Source of the DNA: Psammoneis japonica
Taxonomy: Eukaryota
Assembly: GCA_008632985.1 (NCBI GenBank)
Contig: QPGO01000401.1
Span: 1 to 32,310 of the forward strand
Direction: 5' to 3'
DNA: 32,310 nucleotides
The notes beneath the pieces are model-generated. The model saw nothing but the letters and a program-made list of their open reading frames with translations. It searched no databases and was not told the DNA's origin. Numbering within the stretch: position 1 is the first letter of the stretch; each line of letters starts with the position of its first letter. The translations under genes and the position numbers were made by a program. Positions 22,797 to 32,310 of the stretch are shown here, one piece after another.

Positions 22797-23352
22797 GTTA
22801 CTATACAGAAAAAGTCAGGGCTGCAAGAGGAGTTGGCGGATGTTCTTTTCCAAATATAGTTTCTCCCTTGTTGGCATCGAGTGTCCTCGGTCCTCTCCAC
22901 AAAGCCTTTCTCGCAGTTGACTCCTGCTCTTGTTTCCTTCTTTTCGGTTTCTTCTAAAGAGCGCAATTTTGCGCACGGAAAAACGAACAAGATAGAGCTA
23001 AGTCACATGAATTACCATTAAGCAGTGCATAATCATGTGAAAGGCAGTGAACTTGTCGCTCTAGACTCTACAATACTCTATGGTGGCTTAGAAGTAAGTG
23101 TCCCGGGATGATCCCATGTCTGGGGGGTCGCGTCCGTCAGTTGACCGTACGACTCTTCTGTCCTTCGTACGAGAGGTGTCATGCCCCTCGTCCCTCTGAA
23201 AAAAAAACGAGAAACGAAAACGGCCGCAACAGGCAATGACGAACGCACATTCTTGCACATTGGGTGTTTCTCTATCTCGACTCTCTGTGTCTCTCTCTCC
23301 CTCTGCTTGAAACCCGTTCATCTTACGCTATTCTGATTCTGCTTAGGCTGCG

Positions 23353-24667
23353 ATGAAGCGTAGTCTAAGACGCTGTCTCTGTGTGACTGTTGTTGCAGCC
23401 GGATTGTTGTTGGTGCCAACCTTGGCATTTTCCTCGACTCGTGTCAACTTGCAGCAAAAACAACGCTTGGCTTCACCACATCATGTTGTGCGGAGGGCCA
23501 AACAAAAGAGTTCTTTTTGTATTCAAAAGGCGTCGGCTGTTTCCATGGAACCATCATCAGCCGAGAATCGCAGCATGAACGGTCTGATTGGCAAGCTCAA
23601 GTCAACTATTGTCAAGGTACGCATAGTAAGCGAGAACATGCGCACATCGTCGTGTAAGAATCTAATCTGATACTCACGGCATGCGGATCGTTCTTTATTT
23701 ATAATCAGGTTGGGATGATTGCTTTTATTGCCGGAATGTGTGTTTCACTTCCAATCACGTTGTTTCCCATTGAAGCTTTGCACCGCTTTAGATTGATCTC
23801 CAGGTTGCAACGAGAACGACTTAGTCTTAGAATGGGAACGTTTTGCGCTCGTTGGATGTTACGATTGTTTCCCTTTGTAAGATTGGATGTAAAGACAACG
23901 TCCTCGAAAGACCTTGAGCAACCAAGTGTATGGGTGTGCAATCATCAATCCATGTTGGATGTGTTCATCATGTTGGCGGCAGACAAAAAGATGAGAGGCA
24001 AAAACAAACGGCCCATTAAGATTGTTTATGTAAGAAAAACACGAATCATTGGTCCATATCACTGCAATACATTCTCCGATTGATGCGGGTATTCTCACAT
24101 TTGTTGGTATTGCTTCTTTCAAACACAGTGGAAGGGACTGGAAGACAATCCCATTACAAACCTATTATTCACGCAGTGCGGTTTCATTTCAGTTGATATG
24201 GCTCCCAACAAGCCGGGAGAAGAAAATAAGTACGATCGAAAGTCCTTCAAGGCACTGTTGCAATCGACAAAGCAAGCCTTTGAGGAGGGTTTCGATGTTG
24301 GTTTGCTACCGGAAGGCCAGCCCAATCCGACGCCGGAAAGGGACTCTTGCCGGTCTTTTCGGGAGCCTTTACGCTTGCCAAAATGAGTCGTCGACCCATT
24401 CAGCTCATGGCGCTGTGGGGAGCAAATCATGTATGGCATCCTCATGATGGACTCAAGGAGGCGAAGCCTACCGGACGACACGTCAAGGTTCGAGTGTACG
24501 GGAGCAGGGCGTTTGAGACGAGCCAAGAATTTGTAGAAACATTCTCTACCGTTGTAGGGTACTTTGGAAAGACTGGGTATGATTTGCCACGTTGGAAACA
24601 ATGGATGGATGGGACGGAATGGAAGAAAAGGAATCTGAAAACAGACGTTGCCGCTTCAGATGAGTGA
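23353..24667 (+). CDS. 1-acyl-sn-glycerol-3-phosphate acyltransferase (PlsC/LPAAT family), probably plastid-targeted; 3 exons
   Basis: Exons 23353-23616, 23709-24029 and 24129-24667 with GT-AG introns in phase. NHQSMLD (HX4D) and LPEG motifs; signal peptide ending LAF. One frameshift at ~24337 in an A/G run. Confidence 0.88.
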
Positions 24668-24840
24668 AACGCAGTTGTCAGGAAAGAGAGAGAGAGAGAT
24701 GCGTTCCGGTAATGATTCTGGAACAAGATATCTGCGAGCTAGAGACTATTCATACCGCGCTAGTAAATGGCAACAATTGTGTCTGTAAGTTGCGAAGGAC
24801 ATTCACAGTTTTCATAAAAAAAAAGCACGTCATACTTTTG

Positions 24841-25808
24841 CTATGATACAAACTTCTTTCCGTATTCAAATGCAATGAAACCTATTGCACTTGGAATAAA
24901 TGCTAGTATGGTTGGTCGAAGAGCTGGACCTGCCACAGCGAGTCGCCTCGTGCGCTTCCCATTTGTTCTGTATGGTTCAGACAGCCCAAGTAGCTGCTCG
25001 GTGTAGTGACTGGCGACATGCTGTGCTTGACCTGCCAACCCACCGGCAATCCCAAAGCTCACAAGATACTCTCCACCGTAAAAATGTTCCACAGTGTCAT
25101 GTTCCAACAAGACACGCTTCATGCCCTCATAAGTCCCAAACAACAGTGAATGTGCGACGGCATGGTGAGCCGTCATGTTTGGCAGTGATCGCAGCATGTT
25201 CTTTTTGGATCCTTTTACTTCTATCGCGGTCGAAGCTACTCCATGGACTACTCCAGCTAAACCACCGGCAGTAAAGTGAGACCCCAACGACGCTCGTGCA
25301 AACTCGTCTTCCTGGTCAAGTTCAACTTGTATCCGCCCATTATCGTCCTCCACCTCCACCTGACGTTTTGTCGCAGTTGTTTCCAATGGAGCTAATTTGT
25401 ATATGATATATCCATAAGTTTCAAAGACTGCAGCTCCCAGCAACGTATTCTTCAAGAGCGCTATAAAAATGGTGAAGTAAGAAATTGATTACCAGGTAGA
25501 AGATCAAACGCAAAAAAATCTCGCTTACATGTCGCAAAGGCCGCCACCCGTTTAGACAAACTGACTGTTGTTCCCTCTGTTGTTTCTAAAGCCGTTTGAA
25601 ACCAATCGAGACCTGTCGAAAGACGATCCGAGACTCGCGCTACTTGCCGCACTGGCAAACGTCGTTTGAAAATGGCTCGTCGAGGCAAAGATCCAATGGG
25701 AATGCGAGCAATGGATCGTCCTACACTCCGAGCCAATCCGCGTACAAATCCGGCAGCTTCGGCAGATGCATTGTGCCTACTTTCATCGTCACTACTACTT
25801 GAGCTCAT
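24841..25808 (-). CDS. Mitochondrial carrier (SLC25)-like protein; 2 exons
   Basis: Exons 25808-25529 and 25460-24841 (intron gtaag...tag), in frame. Repeated AGGLAG helices and F.TYE / FIAFE motifs. The canonical PxD/E motif is not evident. Confidence 0.65.
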
Positions 25809-26099
25809 GAAATACTCTCTCTAGGGCCCTCTAGCTACATGAGAAACAACCCCAGTCGCATCAATGTTAGATGTCAACACCGGCAGCTGTGGCATGTGGC
25901 ACGCATTGGCGTTGTGGCGAGTTCAGAGTTGCTGCTGGCTGCTGATGATGTGCGGATGCATTTTCCAGTTTAGGCTAATGGACTAGCCAAAATTGTGGGA
26001 CGACGCGACGCACGACAACGACTCTTCTTTGAAAGAGCCATGCAAAGAACAAGTGCGGCAGTGTGGTGTTTCATTGGCGGGAATGTCTGGCACAGAAAA

Positions 26100-29000
26100 C
26101 TGACAAGGTCTGATGTTTGAATGTGCGGAGCTTTTGATTCTCTCGTTTCTGTGGCGGGAGGTGCTCTCAGTGCCACGCTCCACATGCCGATTTCTTTGTG
26201 GCCGGGGATGGGGGAGCATCGCCTGAAACGAAGGAGGAAGGCACGTCATCTTCATCTGATGCACCTCATTTTTGTGTCATCTGGACAGAGGGCACTGTCA
26301 TCTGATGCACCTCATTTTTGTGTCATCTGGACAGAGGGCACTGATGTGTTGTGTTGCCTTGGCACCATTGGTGGTGGCGCTACGTTCTGCCTCAAAAGGG
26401 GTGCCAAGTGCAAGGTCAAGAAGCATGAGGAGCCCAAGAAGGATCTCTCTCACTGCGCCAACGGCATGGCAGCTATCCTCGAGTCACCAGACACGGGGCT
26501 CTGTCAACCCATTTTAGATGGACATTTCACATTGGCCAATGCACTGGTCAAGTGGGAAGCTGCCTCTGACACTTTGGCTGGATGTGGTGCCAGAAATTCC
26601 TGGCAATGGGAAAGTCCCAGTGCCCTGCTGAGGACAAGTGCAGAGCATCTCTCAAGCAGCACAAGGAAGCTGTGGGGTTGAAGGCCCCCACAAGGTCCAA
26701 GGCAGCCTCTGACATCTACAAGTTTGCTGGGGCTTTGTTTGATTGGCACCCCCCCTGCCTTTGGGTTGTCACTGCTGCTCCCGCCTAGTTCTTGGTGGCC
26801 AGCAAGCCCCCATCAGCATTGGCCCGGGTGGCTCAGTCTGCAAAAATGAATTTGGTGGAGACGGGCAAAGTTGTGGTGGAAACATGCAAGAAGGGTTGCT
26901 CCCAGTTCCAAGTCTCAGATGCTCAGATTGACATGCTCAGTTGCAGGCTGGACCAGCTCGATGCTTCTTTGGATGTCCCCCCTCCTGAATTTGACCAGCG
27001 GCTGGAAGCACCCACCATTTGGGGTGCCTTGGCCAACTTGTCAGTGGTGAGCTCCAGCCCCAGTGTGGGAGGCCATGATTTCACCATTGGGTTGACCTGA
27101 GTGGAGAATGATCTGCATGACAGGTCTGACAGGCTGGCTGCTGCTGTGCAGCTGAGCATTCAAGAAATGCAGAACTGGGTGTCAGTGGATTTGCAGCTAA
27201 AGTGGACCTTGATTCCCTGAGGTCAGGTGTGCTGTGGGCATGCAATCAGCTCACAAACAGAGTGCAGCCACAAACAGAGTGCAGCATCTTGAAAACCAAT
27301 TGTCATCTGGGCTGGCCACAGCTTTTGGGAATTTAAGTGCTGGCACCTCCATTGAACAATGCTTGCTTGTCCTTGATCAACGCATTGGTGGTGAAGTTCT
27401 CAGGTGTGGGCATCTCATCGTTTTTGGAGTGCCAAGCATGGATGGTTTGCCACTTCTCTTCCTGAGCCTGTGGTGGGTGCCTCACTGATGCAAACTTGTT
27501 GTTGGAATGCATCATGGGCACCGGTGCTGAGGAGGATGCATGAACGCTGGCAAGCTTCCAGCAGCACAGCATGCCTCGGATTTTAGACTCAGGATTGGCT
27601 GAGGCAGCTCAGTCCCCTGGCCTCTACCCTTCTTTCTTGGACAAAGTCCCGACATGTGACCATTGGTTGATGGGCACCACTTGAACCAAGCACCACATTT
27701 CAAACAAGATTGGAGTTGTTGAGACTGACATCCCAAATGACATCAACCATCAGAGAATCCCGGCGGGGTCTTTTGAAAGCCAAGTGGTTTGTGACGGCTT
27801 TTCAAAGTCTGTGGCTTTCATCTGGGCCTTGTTGATCCAGTGTGTGGATGAAATTTGCAACTCCCTTGCAAAGTTGAGCAAGTTTTTCTGACAAGCTGGC
27901 ATGGTTGTTGACTGCAAGGTTGGTCCACCAGATGTTTGAGGACATTGGAAAGGTGTGGTCTGGTGTGTCTTCACATCCATGGCTGGCACAGATCTGGATG
28001 CAGTGTGCAGCCAGATTCTCTGGGCAGTCTTTCAGGTCCAAGAGATGTGATGGCCAAACACACAGTGCATGGATTCAAGGACCACCTTTCTGTGGCATCT
28101 GAATGCACCAAGTTCTTGGTGACCAACTCTGGCTTCAAAGTGGTGATGGTGCTCCAAGCCATGGCATTCACTCTCATGGGACAAGGCCAAGAACATGGAC
28201 ACCAAGGCCAAATCAGACCAAGCTTGGGCCAAACAGCTCATCAAGAGGTCAACAAGTTGAAGACTGAGCCAAAGGAGGTGAGTCATTGGCTGGAGGCATT
28301 GGAATCCAAGAAGTGAAGCCAGGATGGGCCGGAGGCTGATGCAGATGGAACAGGCTCTCCAGAGCCTGGGCTCAAGACATGCAATGCAAGGTTGCAAGAA
28401 CTTTTCTTTTCAAGGCTCCCCCCCATTTGGTTGTTGGCTCTCAGAGCTGCTGAGTGGCCACGGGTTGTTTTGTGTTGTGATTGTCCTGACACACTTCCAG
28501 TTGGGTGGATGTTGTTGTGCAGCTGTTTGAGAGTCAACCAGGCTCTTCCCTCCAACTCATCCCGCACTCAGGGATGGCTCAAGCATTGGAATTGGTCAAC
28601 CTGGTCCTTGTGTCTGGAGCCCCTGGTGTCTCAGAGACAACATCTTGTGTCAATCACACCTGCCCCCATGTGCATGATCCTTGTTGGGCCCATTTTGCAT
28701 CAGAGTCTGAAAGGGTTGCAACATTTGTCCCATGCCTCGGTGACTCATTCAGGAGTTGGGGGCACGACTTCCTTCCATGCTTCCTTGTTTTGTCTGTGCT
28801 CTCCAATGCCACCAGTGGATTCAGGGCACTGAAAATGAGATCCAGTGGCTGGCAGAAAAACTTCAAAAAGTCCAAAGGCATGGTTGTGTCAAGCCCGCAC
28901 CTGTCGTCAGCCTCACAGATTGTTTTTGGGTCTCCAAGGCTGTTTGACTTGTCCCGAGGGAGGATGGAAAGCCAGAAGAGGTTGTTGAAGACATCCGCAT

Positions 29001-29125
29001 GGCATGTGATGGCACTTCTTTGGGTTTGAATGTGATGCGCTGTGGGCCCCTTCCTTTTTCCTGCCCACTGTGATGTCGGTGTTGGGGTGCATGATGGCAC
29101 GCACATTCTCTGTGGATCTTGACTG
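26100..29125 (+). mobile_element. Decayed tyrosine-recombinase (DIRS/Ngaro-like) retrotransposon: ORF1 and start of RT
   Basis: ORF1-like motifs CLGTIGGGATFCLK...CKVKKH, APTIWGAL and FKDHLSVASECTKFLVTNSGF. The RT N-terminus at ~28850-29125 reads KLQKVQRHGCV...SLTDCFWV.K...DIRMACDGT.LGLN..LWAP.F.LPTV.SVLG...DLD. Family assignment is by motif recall; ends are approximate. Confidence 0.65.
26252..26343 (+). repeat. Perfect 46-bp tandem duplication
   Basis: tcatctgatgcacctcatttttgtgtcatctggacagagggcactg x2. Confidence 0.95.
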
Positions 29126-30235
29126 CCCCGGGGCAATCCCTGCAACACTGGCCTGCAGTGGGTTAACAAGGAGTGTCATTCAAGTCTCTCCCACCTTCCA
29201 GATTGGTGGCAAACACATCCAAAAAGAAGCAAGAGAAGCACTTGGTGGCAGAAAGGTTGACACATTGCTTGGAAAGGGCAGAGACAGGCACGTGTGGCAC
29301 AGCACCCTTGTTGGCAGTCGACCACATGTTGTTGCCTTTCAAGAGAGGGGGAAACTTGTCTTTTGATCTGTTGGCAACCAAAAAAGCTCCTGCATTTGTG
29401 AAAGACATGCATGTAGAGTCATTTGTGTCAGTTTGGTGGGTTTCCAGGAGTGGCTTGGCTTGGCTTGTCTTTTGTTTGTTGGCAGGGTGACATCTGTTTG
29501 ATGGCAAAAAAGGGTCCATGACACACGTGCTGCAATGGCCAGTTTTGGGGAAAAGGAGACCAGTTTTACCTGAAACAATGCACCACTGTCGTCTTTAGCA
29601 TGGCACATGCAATGTGGACCAGCTTTGTGCGTTGTGGGAACATTTTCCCAGTCATGTTCTACATGGTGACACCATGGTAGTTGGTCTCTTCCGTGATGCG
29701 TCCCAGTGGCTGGTGGTGGAAGATTGTCGCGTGTTCTGTCGTGTGAAGATTTTTGCTAAAAAATTCGACAAGATTGGCCACCGGGGCAGATTGCGCCGGA
29801 CCGGGATCCCTTGCACTGCTCGGATGGAGCTCGCGACTGGCGTCACTTTGCTCGTGCAATCTCTTGTGGTGATCTGATTCCAGGGACAGACAATTGGCAG
29901 GGATGGGAGGACTTCACCAGTGCAGTTGGTCCCTTTCCATTCCCAAGCTGGAACGGCATGGCCAGAGGGAGGGAGAGGTGGGAGTGCTTTTTAGACTGTC
30001 CACTCGGCTTGCTGCCAAAGCTCTTTGGAAGAATGAGCAACAGCAGCTTGCTTCCAAATGCCAACTTAGACGNCATTCAATGGTGGTGACGCGGGGGGTG
30101 ACTTCCAGGTGCGTCATCAACGGGCAATGAGGTCATCTCCCCTTGTCGGTCTTTACGAGGAGGCCAGTGCGCTACAAATTTTAACAGCGTGGTTGGGTGT
30201 GGAATGTTGCAAAAGCGAAAGAGCAAACGACAACG

Positions 30236-31305
30236 ATGAGCAGCCCTCAGTCACCAGAAAGCGCACCGAGGTGAGCTTAAGGATCATGAAGACAAGGACG
30301 AATTGGTGACGAAAGAAGAGAAGAAACAGGATGCTGAAGATGAAACAAACTCGGCAGCCATTGACACGACCGCTGCAGGCAAGATCTGGTCTCCACAGCG
30401 AGCTTCTCGTGTTGGTCTAAAGGTCAGGAGTCTCCAGGATGGGAACTTGCGCGGTGGAGACTTTGCACTGAACAACGATGGGAGTGCCTGCAAATGCCAT
30501 CAGTTTTCTGTTTGAGAAGGACGGTGAAGCATGCGGTCTCACCGCGGGCCGTCTAGCGGACGTTGGCAACAACTTGGAGATTTTTGCTGAAAGCCAAGCG
30601 GACGAGGAGGGCAACTGTTCAACAATTGACATTGGCCAGGCAGCATCTGAGGACATTCAAACGGATTCTCTGATCTTCCAGATTCATCCTCCTCATGTTT
30701 TGCAACGGGTGGACCTCCTCATGGTTTCCCCCAAGTCTGGGCTTTCCACGATTCTGCCCGAGCGTGATGCGAACCCCACTCCCCCACAAGAAGGCACTGA
30801 AGTTGTTGTTTGTGGCGCAAATCGCTGTGGAGCAAACGGGGTTGTGGTGATTGGAAGCAGCGAATTTGAAGGAAAAATCTCTAAGAAAGGCGATGTCGGA
30901 AAGGCCGACTCTGGGGAATCTGTCTCTTGTGGCAGCACACGCCTGACAGATGGCGGGGATTGTGGCGCGCTCTACTTGGTTGCCACTTCAGGATCTCCCA
31001 TTGCCATGCACCACTGTTTGCAGAACCCAAAGGATTAAGGAGGGAAGGACACCGATAAAACAAAGGGCTGCATTTCATTTGGGATCCCGCTTGCAAAAAT
31101 CTCATCGAAGCACGCGCTTCTCGGGGGGCGTTTAAAAGGGGAAGCAGAGGAACAGCAACTGCATTCACCGCCCGCAGCAACCGGGAAACAGACTCGAAAC
31201 ATGGCCATTTTCAAGACGAAACCATCGACCAAAATGCCAATGATGAAGGGCACAATCCAACACCCACGACAGAGTCCCAACATCGCGAAATTCAAAACCC
31301 GTTGA
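30236..31305 (+). pseudogene. Trypsin-fold protease-like gene with a GDCG (Cys) nucleophile motif
   Basis: ATG at 30236; frameshifts at ~30270 and ~30480. Motifs GLTAGR (TAGH-like), TDSLIF, TDGGDCGALY and PIAMHH. After the TAA at 31036 the same frame continues through SFGIPLAKI to a TGA at 31305. Confidence 0.55.
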
Positions 31306-31614
31306 ATCTTCATTGATCGTAATGGCAAACGAGTGTGAACTGTTGTGGTTGTGGTTGCGAAGCAAGAAAGCAGGAGAGAAGAAGATGCTAGGAGGAAGGC
31401 GGGTGGTGTTTGGAGGACATTCTCTGACTTGATCGCGGCAGTGATGTCGTGTTCACTGCATGTCACGTCACTTCGGGTTTGGCCCGTTCGTTCTGTCTTC
31501 TCTTCTTCTTTAGTTGACAAAAGCCTCCGACACAGGCAGAGACTGAGAGCGAGTGGCATCATAGACAAGATGATCATTGTGTCTCATTTTTATGTTTTCC
31601 TCAAACACATGCCT

Positions 31615-31872
31615 TCCGTCTGACTCTCCAGAGGGCAAACCCGCGGACCGGCTGTGTCAGATGCAGAGGGTCAAGTGTTGCCAACGCGGGAGCTCAACTC
31701 ACTCTTGTGCCTTGTTTTGTGCAATTTGTTTGATGACCATCCTTCCTCATTTGTTGCTGCAGACATTTCATCACACTCTGACATCAAAGACAAGCGCAAC
31801 GTGAGCTGGTCATTTCGGCAGGGTTCTGACTCTAGAGCCATTGCTCAGAAGGTCTCCCAAGATGACATTGAC
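31615..31872 (+). mobile_element. Tyrosine recombinase C-terminal fragment (DIRS/Ngaro-like)
   Basis: GPAVSDAEGQVL...NVSWSFRQGSDSRAIAQKVSQDDID, which restores to RSFRRG by two CpG reversions. Truncated before the catalytic Tyr. Confidence 0.6.
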
Positions 31873-32310
31873 AAACAAGATGAGGCAACACTGTGCCAAC
31901 ATTTCTTTGCTCTTTTCTTCTTTCCTTTGACACACCAAGGAGATGTGAGTTGAGTTGCTTGTGCTCCTGGGTGTTTTTCAACTCCCAAGCTCATTGCATC
32001 AGGTGGCCACTGCCCGGGAGTTCTCATCAGGAGGGTTTGTGCTCACCTCTGCCAGTTAGACTGTGGGAGTCAACCAACTGAGGGCCAGGATTGACCTGTG
32101 ATGGTTTGTTCAGGTTGATGCCTGTGCCCAATGCCAAGGGAAGCATCTGCCTGGCACTGTCAACAATTCTGAGTTCAAGACCAGGCCACTGAGAGGCTCT
32201 GACATTGCGCAGTGCCAAATGAACCTCCCACTGGTCTTGCTCCAGAAGTGCCCTGAGCAACACTTGTCTGGTCCCTTTTCTTTCCATGCCCCCCGTGCCA
32301 CACACAGGAC

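Overview
Eukaryotic nuclear DNA, most likely from a diatom: it has GT-AG introns, a bipartite plastid-targeting leader and a CoDi-type copia element. The window alternates between ordinary gene islands and decayed repeat/pseudogene tracts. The islands are 1-440 and 20.9-25.8 kb (RING-H2 protein, plastid LPAAT, mitochondrial-carrier-like protein). The decayed tracts are about 0.8-12.5 kb and 25.9-32.3 kb. A full-length Ty1/copia LTR retrotransposon (12471-19572, minus strand, 276-bp LTRs, GACTT target-site duplication) splits a BTB-domain gene. A non-autonomous hAT element with an 8-bp TSD, remnants of a tyrosine-recombinase (DIRS/Ngaro-like) retrotransposon and two trypsin-fold protease pseudogenes are also present. 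The main signal is a repeat-restricted, strand-symmetric TpA->TpG/CpA hypermutation, the reverse direction of fungal RIP, layered on CpG decay. It turns conserved Tyr into Cys/His, accounts for most LTR-LTR differences, outpaces CpG loss in the young element, prefers TAY/RTA contexts and spares the neighbouring genes. It may reflect an undescribed genome-defence mutator or base modification. All counts are manual and all protein calls come from motif recognition, not database searches.
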